64,000 nt of DNA from Eledone cirrhosa (lineage: Eukaryota), in the NCBI GenBank assembly GCA_964016885.1, contig OZ024750.1, positions 18,662,001 to 18,726,000 on the forward strand, in the 5' to 3' direction. The translations under genes were made by a program, and so were the position numbers. Shown one piece after another: positions 13,965-26,994 of the stretch. The stretch's first letter is position 1. Each line of letters starts with the position of its first letter. The notes beneath the pieces were generated by a model that worked only from the letters and a program-made list of their open reading frames with translations, ran no database searches and was not told where the DNA came from.

Positions 13965-14441
13965 TAAACGGAATAGAAAATGCTGACAAATTGTTCACAG
14001 TTGAAAAATGGTTTAATTAGGAATAAAAGAGTATTAGTGATTGTATGGGTTAGTATTCAGTTGTGGTTTTAAGTTTTTAAGTTTTTACCGGTTGCGCATT
14101 TCTAAATGCTTTTCAAAAATAATTTTGAGATAGAGTGTCCGTGCTGTTTGCTCTGATCTGATTAGTTTTGGGAATTCTACCTGTTTTTATGTTAAAAAAG
14201 TGGCTCCAGCAATACTTTGGTGTTGCAAAAATTCTTGTGGTCAAAACAATTTTGATTGGTAGGTAGAGGTCATGTGAATGTAAAAAAATGATTTTGCGCC
14301 AAGACTGTTTTTATGTTAAAAAAGTGGCTCCAGCAAAAATTCTTGTGGTCAAAACAATTTTGATTGGTCGGTAGAGGTCATGTGAATAAAAAATTGGTTT
14401 TGCGCCAAGATTGAGAAATGACTCTTTCACAACAAATATGT

Positions 14442-14509
<68 letters not shown>

Positions 14510-14705
14510 TAGTAGTAGTAGTAAGGTGTTCGATGTTGTGATAATGGTTAGCAGCGATGTGTGTCAAATGGCTATTAAGATAAGTGTGTGTGTGTGTGTA
14601 TTCTGTATTCCTAATTAAACCATTTTTCAACTGTGAACAATTTGTCAGCATTTTCTATTCCGTTTACCAATATATAATAACTTGTGTGTTACACCTCTAT
14701 TCTTT

Positions 14706-14710
<5 letters not shown>
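13961..14710 (-). mobile_element. 5'-truncated Penelope-like element with inverted pLTR
   Basis: About 70-bp inverted arms 13961-14030 and 14601-14670, tail to 14710, (TA)n both sides; minus strand at 14045-14080 reads KNLKPQLNTNP, resembling the GIY-YIG endonuclease C-terminal KPxLN; internal direct duplication about 14180-14300/14305-14412. Confidence 0.55.
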
Positions 14711-14743
<33 letters not shown>

Positions 14744-14799
14744 AACACACACACATATATATTGACCCTATCCCTACCATCACAAATAAATACCGTCAG

Positions 14800-15365
14800 C
14801 ACCACCACCACCACCACCACCACAACTACCACCACCACCACCACCACTACCACCATCACCACCACCACCACCACCATCACCACCACTACCACTACCACTA
14901 CCACCACCACCACCACTATCACCACCACTATCAGCAGCAGCAGCACCACCATCACTACCACCATCACCACCACCACCACTACCACAATCACCACCACCAC
15001 CACCACCACCACCACCACCACTACCACCACCACCACCACCACCACCACCACCACCACTACCACCACCACCACCACCACCACCACCATCACCACCACTATC
15101 AGCAGCAGCAGCAGCACCACCACCACCACCACTACCACCACCACCACCACCATTACCACCACCACTACCACCACCACCACCACCACCACCACCACCATCA
15201 CCACCACTATCAGCAGCAGCAGCACCACCACCACCACCACTACCACCATCACCACCACTATCAGCAGCAGCAGCACCACCACCACCACTACCACTACTGC
15301 CACCATCATACACACCACTACCACCACTATCAGCAGCAGTACCACCATCGTTACCACTGACAGCA
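14800..15365. repeat. (CAC)n/(CAG)n compound trinucleotide tract
   Basis: Direct reading; source of poly-His/Thr/Val/Gly ORFs. Confidence 0.95.
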
Positions 15366-16109
15366 CCACTCCCAACACCTTCCATCCATCCATACAGTAA
15401 CAATCACTTAAACACTACACTTAAGCATTACACATGCCATGCCATGTCTCAGAGTTGTTTTGTCAAAAACATTAAACTTGCTACAATGGAAAAAGAAGGA
15501 TAGAGAGAAAGAAAGAAGGAAATAAAGAAGGAAAGAGAGAAGGAACGAGAGAAGAAAAAGGTAAGTCACTTTAATAATAATTATGTTTTCTAATTTAGGC
15601 ACAAGGCCAGTAATTTTTTTTTGGGGGGGGGGGGGGGTTGATCATATCAACTTCAGAATGATCGAAGATAAAAATAGAATAGACTTTGCTGGGATTTGAA
15701 CTCCGAATGTATCGAACTGGGACAGATACCACCAAGAATTTGTTTGATACGCTAATGATTCTGTCAAGCCTTTGCCCTTTTAATAATAATTGTTTCTACT
15801 TTTGGCACAAGGCCAGCAATTACCTCCAGTACATTACTAGTACTTTATTTTATTGACCCTGTAAGGATGAAAGGTAAAGTTAACCTTGGCGGGATTATAA
15901 TAATAATGATTTCTAGTATAGGCACAAGGCCAGCAATTGGGGGGGGGGTGTCAATTAAATCGACCCCAGTACGTTACTGGTACTTTATTTTATCGACCCC
16001 GTAAGGATAAAAGGCAAAGCTAACCTCGGCAGGATTATAATAATAATAATGCTTTCTTTATTATATTTTTTATTTATTTATTTATTTATTTATTTATATT
16101 AATAATAAA

Positions 16110-17212
16110 AATAATAATAATAATGCTTTCTTTATTGACCACAAGGATTTACACAAGTAAGACATTAAGGACAGTACAGGACAATACAGGACAATACAGG
16201 ACAATACACGACGGTACAAATGGGCATTTCTGCGTGTAAAAAAAACCCAGATGATGTAACAAAAAAAGATCAATGAAAAATTCCCCAATAGGGGGGAAAC
16301 CTGCGAGGGTTACTCGTGGCGAAAACCACACAAAAGAGCACGGCCACCCTGACCATAATAATAAAAGTGATTTCTTTAATAATGATAAGGGCTTGCACAT
16401 ACAATATATTATACGTTATAAACACAAGGGCTTGCAATACATGAGGGGCTGGACAAAGGGCAGAAAAAAATTTGATAAAATATGAAATAAGTATAAAATT
16501 ATTATAAAACACAATAATTAACAGATGTAATGATTTTTTATTAGCTACAGGGGCCAAAAAACATTAAGGACAATTAAAACTAACAGGGATAGTGGCGATT
16601 TACATACAGCTAACAGAGAAAATAACAGGTAACAAAATAACACTAAATTAACAGGGAGGGGAGACCACAGATTCGAGATCACCCCAATCATCAAGGGTAC
16701 TATAGGCAAGTAACCTTCTTCTGTTCCTTCCAGGAATAAAGGAATCCCATTCTGGCTACATTCACTCTCCTTTTCATACATATACTGGGGAGGGGGTGAA
16801 CCCTTTCTTCTCCACCCTCACCTGCTTTTCCATGTAGAACTTAAAGAATTTGAGAAAGAATTTGCCTGGGAAACATTTAGGGTTACACACTTACACACAA
16901 TTGATGTGAACTGTTCTAATGGAAAGGAAAATCCTCAACTTGATCCCTTGAGGTCAACCAGGAACCACAATAGATCCTGGACTACTCTTATTGTCATGAG
17001 TAAGTACCCTCTTCGAGGTGTGCCCTCTGGCCTACCTGCATATGCTAAGGGGACTACTTGTCACTCTTCTGTCATCACTCATCCCCTGGGCCTTAATTGT
17101 CACCCATCAACTCACTCACCTTTCAGGAAATTTACTGCTGGGCAAGATAGTAAACTCCCCCTCCACCCCACCTTCCTTTCCAGGTGGATCTTAAAGAAGT
17201 TGCAAAAGTAGT
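16110..17212 (-). mobile_element. Stack of three LINE 3' ends in an (AAT)n tract, probably L1/Tx1-like
   Basis: Three related ends (..ccttgtggtcaataaagaaagcatt; ..aagcccttatcattattaaagaaatc; ..ggccctgtagctaataaaaaatcatt) and ORF-end-like peptides [10 protein letters not shown] / FFKFYMEKQVRVEKK on the minus strand. Confidence 0.4.
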
Positions 17213-17266
17213 GTTTTTTTTTTAATTCTTTCACTTGTACAAACACAGACACGTGGGCGTGCACAC

Positions 17267-17298
<32 letters not shown>

Positions 17299-17959
17299 GC
17301 ACACACACATACACACACGCACACACACACACGCGCGCGCACACACACACATACACACACACACACGCGCACACACACACGCACGCACACGCACACACAC
17401 ACACACACAGATATAAATAGTAGTGATAATAAATACAAAGGCCAAAATCCAGAGAGGGTTCGATAAGAGGAAAAAAATAATATCATCATCATCATCATCG
17501 TTTAACCCTTTTTCGCACCAGCACGGGTAGGACGGGGCTGTCCCATTGTGAGAGATCCATGTCAAAGGACTGCGTTTCGCCCACCCAGAACTGATTTTGG
17601 ATTGGTTTCTCTGGTTGGATGCTCTTCCTAACGCCAACCATATATACAGTGTGGGCTAGGGGCTTTCTTGTGACACCTATACTTGTTTATACTTTAGGCA
17701 CAAGGCCAGCAATTACCCAGTGCATTACTGGTACTTTATTTTATCGACCCCGTAAGGATGAAAGGCAAAGTCACCCTCGGCGGGATTTGAACTCAGATCG
17801 TAAAGGGACGTAACTATGCTGGAAAACATGGCGTCCGACCCTCTACCGATACTGCCAATCCACCTATACTGTCATGTAATAGGGTGGACTGGGCACTTTT
17901 GTCATGGCTCCAGGCGTACCCCTTTATGATGTGGGTTGGGGACTTGGGTGGGGGGTGGA

Positions 17960-18081
17960 TATGATGCATATATGTGCTTATATGTATATATGTGCATATA
18001 CATATATGTATATATATATGTATGTATATGTATGTATGTAGATACACACATATATATATATATGTATGTATATACATATAC

Positions 18082-18118
<37 letters not shown>

Positions 18119-18147
18119 AATATATATGCATATATGTGCATATATGC

Positions 18148-18190
<43 letters not shown>

Positions 18191-18276
18191 TGCATATATG
18201 TGCATATATATATATATATGTGTATGTATATGTACATATACATATATATATATGTATATGTATATGTACATATAAA

Positions 18277-18311
<35 letters not shown>

Positions 18312-18350
18312 GTACATATAAATATATATATACATATATGTGCATATATG

Positions 18351-18386
<36 letters not shown>

Positions 18387-18435
18387 TGCATATATGTGCA
18401 TATATATATATATATGCGTGTATATATGTATATGT
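17960..18435. repeat. (TA)/(TG)/(CA) compound microsatellite; similar large tracts 19205-19845, 28740-29095, 61160-62285
   Basis: Direct reading; source of the YIYIY/HTHT ORFs. Confidence 0.95.
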
Positions 18436-18483
18436 TATGAATAGAAAATAATTGTTCTATTATATATTGTGTTTTTCCCTTTC

Positions 18484-18516
<33 letters not shown>

Positions 18517-18521
<5 letters not shown>

Positions 18522-18880
18522 AAAAAGTATGACCCCGACGGCAGAGCTCAAGCCGTTTCAACGGCTATTTCTGGACTAAATTAGAAATTTTAGCCTGGTA
18601 AATAAATAGCCGGAATTGTCAAGGGAGTACTTCCTTATATGGGAAGATTGTCGTTGTCAACAACGACAATCTTCCCCATATAAGGAAGTACCCCCTTGAC
18701 AATTCCGGCTATTTATTTACCAGGCTAAAATTTCTAATTTAGTCCAGAAATAGCCGTTGAAACGGCTTGAGCTCTGCCGTCGGGGTCATACTTTTTCCTA
18801 TTTCCCACTCTACTACCCTAAGTGTTGAGTACTCTGGTGCGTTATGGTCCATCTGGTTCCTTACCACAATTCCTTCGTTA
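18517..18880 (+). mobile_element. Near-perfect 285-bp palindrome plus 80-bp tail (Penelope-like inverted pLTR insertion)
   Basis: 18517-18657 is the reverse complement of 18661-18801 with few differences; (TA)n both sides; same family as 8630-8830. Confidence 0.7.
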
Positions 18881-19319
18881 TATATATATATATTACCTTT
18901 CCCAACCTTATTAGTTCTCTCGTTGCTTTGGTATGTATTGTGTGTTGGTTTCGCCTACCACAATGTTTGATTTGTCAAGCTATTTAAACGTATGTTATTA
19001 CTCTGAGGTCCTATCTTATCGAGTGCTTTGCTAACTCATCATTTCATATAAGTAGGCCGAATTTACTTGCAAACCGCCAGAGATTCGATTTTACTGATTT
19101 CCAATTATATATATATATATATATATATTAGAATTTTATTTCTTATTCCTCTAAGCCAGTGTTGAACAAACAGGTGACGATCGGTCATCGGCACAGCACA
19201 AGGTGTGTGAATGTGTGAATGTATATATATATATATATATGTGTGTCTGTATGTATGTATATATATATATATATATGTGTCTGTATGTATGTATATATAT
19301 ATATGTGTGTGTATGTATG

Positions 19320-19350
<31 letters not shown>

Positions 19351-19392
19351 ATGTATATATATATAAATATATATATATGTGTGTGTGTATGT

Positions 19393-19432
<40 letters not shown>

Positions 19433-19475
19433 ATGTTTGTATATATATATATATATATGTGTGTGTGTATGTATG

Positions 19476-19506
<31 letters not shown>

Positions 19507-19515
19507 GTGTGTGTG

Positions 19516-19562
<47 letters not shown>

Positions 19563-19599
19563 ATGTATATATATATATATATATGTGTGTGTATGTATG

Positions 19600-19632
<33 letters not shown>

Positions 19633-19754
19633 ATGTATATATATATATGTGTGTGTGTGTATGTATGTATGTATATATATATATATATCTATCACACACA
19701 TATATATATGTGTGTGTGTATGTATGTATATATATATATGTGTGTGTATGTATG

Positions 19755-19789
<35 letters not shown>

Positions 19790-20040
19790 ATATATGTATA
19801 TATATATGTGTGTGTGTGTACATGTACATACACACACACACCTTACACACTTACACCTCTCTAAGACAATGTCACTGGATCAAGATCTTTGTCGCTATGC
19901 AGTAATACAGAACCCCCCCCCCTCCTTTGCCTACAAACTTACACCTACAGTCAGTAGGCACCTCTTAACCCAATGTACATCCCACCCCACACTCCCTACT
20001 CCATCCTCCCACTTCTGTCCACAGAAAAGTGGTCGTGTAG

Positions 20041-21525
20041 GTATCACGACAAAAAGTACCCAGTCCACACTGTAGAGTGATCTTATAGGTATCACGACAA
20101 AAAGTACCCAGTCCACACTGTAGAGTGATCTTATAGGTATCACGACAAAAAGTACCCAGTCCACACTGTAGAGTGATCTTATAGGTATCACGAGAAAAAG
20201 TACCCAGTCCACACTGTAGAGTGATCTTATAGGTATCATGAGAAAAAGTACCCAGTCCACACTGTAGAGTGCTCTTATAGGTATCACAACAAAAAGTACC
20301 CAGTCCACACTGTAGAGTGATCTTATAGGTATCACGACAAAAAGTACCCAGTCCACACTGTAGAGTGATCTTATAGGTATCACGACAAAAAGTACCCAGT
20401 CCACACTGTAGAGTGATCTTATAGGTATCACAACAAAAAGTACCCAGTCCACACTGTAGAGTGATCTTATAGGTATCACAACAAAAAGTACCCAGTCCAC
20501 ACTGTAGAGTGATCTTATAGGTATCACGACAAAAAGTACCCAGTCCACACTGTAGAGTGATCTTATAGGTATCACGACAAAAAGTACCCAGTCCACACTG
20601 TAGAGTGATCTTATAGGTATCACAACAAAAAGTACCCAGTCCACACTGTAGAGTGATCTTATAGGTATCACGACAAAAAGTACCCAGTCCACACTGTAGA
20701 GTGATCTTATAGGTATCACAACAAAAAGTACCCAGTCCACACTGTAGAGTGATCTTATAGGTATCACGACAAAAAGTACCCAGTCCACACTGTAGAGTGC
20801 TCTTATAGGTATCACGACAAAAAGTACCCAGTCCACACTGTAGAGTGATCTTATAGGTATCACAACAAAAAGTACCCAGTCCACACTGTAGAGTGATCTT
20901 ATAGGTATCACGACAAAAAGTACCCAGTCCACACTGTAGAGTGCTCTTATAGGTATCACGAGAAAAAGTACCCAGTCCACACTGTAGAGTGATCTTATAG
21001 GTATCACGACAAAAAGTACTCAGTCCACACTGTAGAGTGATCTTATAGGTATCACGAGAAAAAGTACCCAGTCCACACTGTAGAGTGATCTTATAGGTAT
21101 CATGACAAAAAGTACTCAGTCCACACTGTAGAGTGATCTTATAGGTATCACGAGAAAAAGTACCCAGTCCACACTGTAGAGTGATCTTATAGGTATCACG
21201 ACAAAAAGTACCCAGTTCACACTGTAGAGTGATCTTATAGGTATCACGACAAAAAGTACCCAGTCCACACTGTAGAGTGATCTTATAGGTATCATGACAA
21301 AAAGTACCCAGTCCACACTGTAGAGTGATCTTATAGGTATCATGACAAAAAGTACCCAGTCCACACTGTAGAGTGATCTTATAGGTATCACAACAAAAAG
21401 TACCCAGTCCACACTGTAGAGTGATCTTATAGGTATCACGACAAAAAGTACCCAGTCCACACTGTAGAGTGCTCTTATAGGTATCACGAGAAAAAGTACC
21501 CAGTCCACACTGTAGAGTGATCGTG
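20041..21525 (+). repeat. 48-bp tandem array, 31 units, inside a family-C element (19845-21640)
   Basis: Unit gtatcacgacaaaaagtacccagtccacactgtagagtgatcttatag; period 48 (20041, 20089 .. 21481); no unique spacers. Confidence 0.95.
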
Positions 21526-22123
21526 TAGGAGACACAGTAAAAAGGCTCCCAGTCCACACTGTAAATGTGGTTGGTATTAGGAAAGGCCATAGAAAACCTG
21601 CCAGAAACAGTTCTGTACAAGTGAGACACAGTCTTCCGACCAATAGGATATCTTGCTAAACTGAAATCTTCAGCATAAAGTGAAAGTGGTGTATCATTTT
21701 TGTTAAATTATGCATTATATACTAAGTAAAAAAAAACTAGCATGGAAGATGGATGTTAAACGATGATGATGATGATATATAAAGAAAATACATGAATAAC
21801 AATGTTTGTTTGTTTTTACTTAGTATATAATGCATAATTTAGCAAAAATGATACAACACTTTCACTTTATGCTGAAGATTTCAGTTTAGCAAGATATCCT
21901 ATTTTGTTAGATGGGAAGAGAAGTGAATTCTCAATACCCTGCTCCCACACCTTCCCATACACCACCACCAACATCACCACCTATTATATTCTGTTTACTT
22001 ATTCAACATTATAACTATCTTCTTAAAAATAAAATGCATCACAGCATTTTTCTTAAAATGTTGCTTGTTGTGATTGCAAACATCTCTAACTGATCCAGCT
22101 GGATTCCAAAGCATGACCAGTCA

Positions 22124-22173
<50 letters not shown>

Positions 22174-22389
22174 TCATCATCATCATCATCAATGTTTAAC
22201 GTCCGTGTTCCACGCTTGCATGGGTTTGGACGGGGGTAGTCCCACTTGAGGCAAGAGTGATTGTCTTGCTCGCATAGGACTGTCTGGCAGGTTTTCTACA
22301 GTTGGATGCCCTTCCTAACACCAACCACATTTACAGTGTGGGTCTGGGAGGTTTTTACCGTGTTGCCTACACGGCCACATTACAGCGTG

Positions 22390-22425
<36 letters not shown>

Positions 22426-22773
22426 GAGGCACATAACTCAGTGGTTAGAGCATTGGTCTTGCAATCGAAAGGTTGTGAGTTCAATTCTCAGACCGGGTGA
22501 TGTGTTGTGTCCTTGAGCAAGACACTTTATTTCACATTGCTCCAGTTTACTCAGCTGTAGAAATGAGATGATAGGGACTGGGGTTCATATCATTCCACTG
22601 CAAAGTGGTCGTGGAGGTGCCACGGCAAAAAAGCACCCAGCACTCACTGTAAATGAGGTTGGTGTTAGGAAGGGCATCCAGCTGTAGAAATCAAGCCAGA
22701 ATCAGTTCCCGTCCCACCCTTGCAAGCAGGGAAAAAGCGGACGTAAAATGAAATGATGAAAAAATGATGATGA

Positions 22774-22811
<38 letters not shown>

Positions 22812-22944
22812 GTCACATAGTCACCCTATCTATCTGTACCTCTCTCTGTCTTTCTCGCTCTGCCTATATATATGGTAGTTGAAGTGGTGGTGGTGGTGGT
22901 GGTGATATACTGTAAGTGTTAAAATCTGAAATTCTTCACCCATC

Positions 22945-23897
22945 AGTCATTGTCCATGCACATCACATGTCCATACCAATGCAGTCTTCTCTCCTGCCAT
23001 TTCAGATTTCCCTTAAGCCCAGCTTCTCTCTCAGCTCGTCCAAGCTCTGCCTTTCTCTCACATTTACATTGCGTATCCAATGAAATATGGTTGCTTCATT
23101 TCTCTCCAGTCTATGCACGTCCTCTGCAGTCACAGCCCATGTTTCACTACCATGCAGCATTGTGCACTACACAGAAGAGTCATGCAAGCTTCCTTTTGAA
23201 CATAGGAAGAAACCTTTTCTTGTCAGAAGTGGGAGTAATTCTCTAAACTTCTTCTTTATTCTAGCTATTATACTCTCAGTGCACCCTCTTCCACAGCTAA
23301 TTAGGTCACCTAGATAGCAGAAGCTATCCTTCCTGTGATTGGAAAAGGTTTATATCATTAGCAATCTTCCTCTCAATTTCTCCTGAGCATCTTCTATTAG
23401 CAAAATTCTCCCTTCCTGTTAATCTACTCGTTATCCCACTTCATCTTTTGTGTACCCAAGATTTACATTATGTACATTGTATGGAGTTTATGTCTACTCT
23501 TTTTCTGCATATTGAGTTTGGCCACTTCTCTGAAGGAATCTGGGTCCTATCTTCTCTCCTACTCACTAGCACTTTACTCTCAGGCCTTTTGATTCCAAAT
23601 TTAGTTTCCATAATTGGAATTCATTTTCTAGCTCTTTTTTGGTTTCAGCTATATGGACCAAATCATCTGCATAGAGAGGCTCCCATGGGCAACCTGTTTT
23701 AAACTCTTCTGTTATGGCCTAAAGGACTATGATGAATAGCAGCTAAGAAGTGAACCTTGATGAACTCCAACCTGTACCTTGAACGCCTTGCTAAAGTCAT
23801 TTCCTACTCTCACTTAACTAACAGTTCGTCTGTACATAGCTTGCACTTCTCTCACAAGCCATTCTTCTACACTTAATTTCCTTAAGGCCCACCAGGT
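22945..23897 (-). mobile_element. Degenerate RTE LINE fragment
   Basis: Colinear with 40490-41205 (CTQDLH/CTQCK region, RRLHWYGHVMCM) with stops and frameshifts; further RTE piece at about 29950-30155(+). Confidence 0.75.
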
Positions 23898-23904
23898 AAT
23901 ATAT

Positions 23905-24530
23905 TTTGATTGTCTGTTGTGACTAATGATCATCTGCTGTGACTAATGATCATCTGCTGTGTCATATGATTATCTGCTGTGACTTATGATCATCTGCTGT
24001 GACTTATGATCATCTGCTGTGATTTATGATCATCTGCTGTGACTTATGATCATCTGCTGTGACTTATGATCATCTGCTGTGTCATATGATTATCTGCTGT
24101 GATTTATGATCATCTGCTGTGACTTATGATCATCTGCTGTGATTTATGATCATCTGCTGTGACTTATGATCATCTGCTGTGATTTATGATCATCTGCTGT
24201 GACTTATGATCATCTGCTGTGATTTATGATCATCTACTGTGACTTATGATTGACTGCTGTGTTTTATGATCATCTGCTGTGACTTATGATTATCTGCTGT
24301 GACTTATGATTGACTGCTGTGACTAATGATCATCTGTTGTGTCTTATGATTGACTGCTTTTTTTTTATCATCTTCTGTGACTTATGATCATCTCCTGTGT
24401 TGCATGATTGACTATTGTGTCTTATGATCATCTGCTGTGACTTATGATTATCTGCTGTGTCTTACAATTGACTGTTGTGTGTTATGATCATCTGCTGTGT
24501 CTTACGATCATGAGCTGTATCTTATGATTG
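23905..24530. repeat. 20-bp minisatellite, about 31 units
   Basis: Unit gacttatgatcatctgctgt, degenerating toward the right end. Confidence 0.95.
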
Positions 24531-24917
24531 CTGTTTCTTCCATGTCTTAGAATCCAATAGTCAATATATCTGTTCACTTGGTGATACACCTCTTAACATC
24601 CAGTTTAATTCCAGTACCAAAATTCTTTATATATTTGAAAATGTTATTTAGTTTCCTTAATTCTTGGAGATATTTCCCTCTTTCATGTGAGTTAATTAAC
24701 CTCTTGCTAATTAAATTGTAAATATCTAATTAATTATTGCTGTTAGTAATATCTAACAACAGATTTAAGTTCGTTTGTAGTGCAGAGCTTTAGTTACACT
24801 GTAAATTACTTGTTTCCTCACATACACACAAACAAACATACACACAAACATACATACATACATACACACATACATACATACATACATACATACATACATA
24901 CATACATACATACATAC

Positions 24918-25425
24918 ATGGTGGCTGCCAACTCGTTTTCGAGTACGGCCACTACTTTATATCCATGTAGAACCCCTACTGATGCACTGAACGAGTGTGA
25001 CACATAGTGCTGGGCCCATGGTACCATGTGACGACAAGTGCAGAGAGATCTCCAGATATAAAGCAATGCCTGTGCCGTGAAGCTTTTATAGTGAGCAAAG
25101 GCACTGCACAAAGCCAGTCCCACTCTCTTAACCAAGATGATATTTACCAAAAAGAAGAACAAGTCAACATCATTGGATACCATCAGGGCTGCAGGTGTTA
25201 TATCAGAGTTTTCCTTCTCCTAGAATTCTGCCTTGACAAAGGCTAAGGGGTCATCTCTCCTGGTGATTTTAGATGGCCATTGACTCTTAAGAGCGCCTTT
25301 GCCCTTTGACAGGTTTTGTTTTTAGTCCTGCGGGATGTCCAAAGTCACCCTCCTCACCAAGAAACCTTGGTGGGGTTGCCAGTTTAGTCGCCAACGAACC
25401 AACCATGAGACAGGTTGTACTGGGA
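24918..25425 (-). mobile_element. Non-autonomous RTE-derived element (5'UTR-like block plus 3' end, (TATG)n tail); second copy 43538-44000, diverged inverted copy about 28290-28542
   Basis: High identity between 24918-25315 and 43538-44000; minus strand has ctaggagaaggaaaactctga, a block recalled from RTE 5'UTRs. Confidence 0.6.
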
Positions 25426-26843
25426 CATACATACATACATGCATACATACATACGAAGGCTCATGGTTTAGTGGTTAGAGCATTGGGCTTGCAATCGGAA
25501 GGTTGTGAGTTCGATTCTCAGACCAGGTGATGCATTGTGTCTTTGAGCAAGACACCTTATTTCATGTTGCTCCAGTTTACTCAGCTGTAGAAATGAGTTG
25601 CTATGTCACTGGTGTCAAGCTGCATCAGCCATTGCCTTTCCCTTGGACATCATCGGTGGTGTGGAGAGGGGAGGCTGGTATATATGGACAACTGCTGATC
25701 TTCCACAAACAACCTTGCCCGGACTTGTGCCTCAGAGGGTAACTTTCTAGGTGCAAATCCCATGGTCATTCGTGACCGAAAGGGGTCTTTACCCTTTTAC
25801 CTTTACATATATATACATGCATATATATACATACATATATCAGTCATCGTCATCATTATTGAATTCTGTGGAGGGAAATTGAATATTAAAGGAAAATACA
25901 CTTTGAAACGGCCCACGGAGAGATGACATGCAATGAGTGTGTGAGAGCCTGCCTCAGCAAAGCTGGATTTAAAGAGTCACAAAAAGGAGTTATGTAAAAA
26001 GGGTTGATGCAGATTATGTTGGTGCGTATGGTATAACAATCTGCCATCAATGTTGTAAAGTCTGCCAATCAGCAGGGGGCCTGAGGTGGCACATGAAAGT
26101 AGATGGCAACCAGCCATCGATTCTTGTTGCCAAAGACCATGATGTCTATAACATGTGTCAGAGAATCTAGGCCTAAAAGTCTTATCCATGCTACAAACAT
26201 GCAGAAGCATGTTTGAAAATTTCAAGTGATGGCTATAGATAAGCAAGAGGTAGCTGCCGTCACATATATATGTAGTAATGTATGAATGTATGCATGTATA
26301 TATACATATATACCTATTACTTTGATTGCAATTAATGCAGACATAAATTGTATATATAGAAATTAATTAGAAAATAATTAGAAATTAAAAGTTATTGAGG
26401 TTTATGTATGAAGAGAAAAAGGAATTAAGAATAATATTAAATTAAAGTTTGTCTTAATTTAATATTATTCTTAATTCCTTTTTCCCTTCATGCATAAATC
26501 TCATTAACTTTTAATTTCAAATTCTTTTAATTTCAAATTCTTTTAAATTACTTATTATCTTCCAACGGCTTTTTAATTTCTCTCTGTGAGACAATATATA
26601 TATTTTTCTCAGTTGTAAAGGCTATCTCTCTCTCTCTATCACCCATCTCTCCTCTTTTGTCATCCTTCCTTCTTATACTCCTCCCCACCATTCTTTACTC
26701 TCATCTCCTCCTCTTCCTTACCTTTTCCACCCCACCCCCTCACTTTTTCCCAATGTCATACATCAATCTTAAATTATTTTTCATATGTTGATTTAAAACT
26801 TCACTATTTACAAGTGTTTTTTAAGATTCATATCATGTATCCC

Positions 26844-26914
26844 TATTTTATCTGATGAGAACGCAGATATGATCCCATGATGATATTTGTTTTTGAAATG
26901 CGCATAATAAAATA
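26844..26914 (+). ncRNA. Minimal type-I hammerhead ribozyme
   Basis: uauuuuau CUGAUGA gaacgcagauau..auauuuguuuuu GAAA UGCGCA UA^ auaaaaua; perfect 8-bp stem I, palindromic AUGCGCAU stem III, predicted cut after 26906. Confidence 0.8.
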
Positions 26915-26944
26915 CTTGGAACTCTTTTAACCATCTTTTGATCT

Positions 26945-26994
<50 letters not shown>

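Noticed and set aside
14584-15403. Poly-His, poly-Thr, poly-Val and Gly-rich ORFs
   Set aside because: Open in several frames on both strands because of the (CAC)n tract; no splice or domain support. The same applies to 34272-34922, 37890-38718, 51187-52616.
20041-21525. CRISPR-like regular array and 554-aa Cys-rich repeat ORF
   Set aside because: Units are contiguous with no unique spacers, no cas genes, eukaryotic context; the ORF is a by-product of a 48-bp period within a SINE-derived array.
25300-25425. Twister or HDV-like ribozyme in the RTE-type 5' block (gaggaggg motif on minus strand)
   Set aside because: Could not assemble the required pseudoknots or catalytic residues by eye; an Infernal search would be needed.
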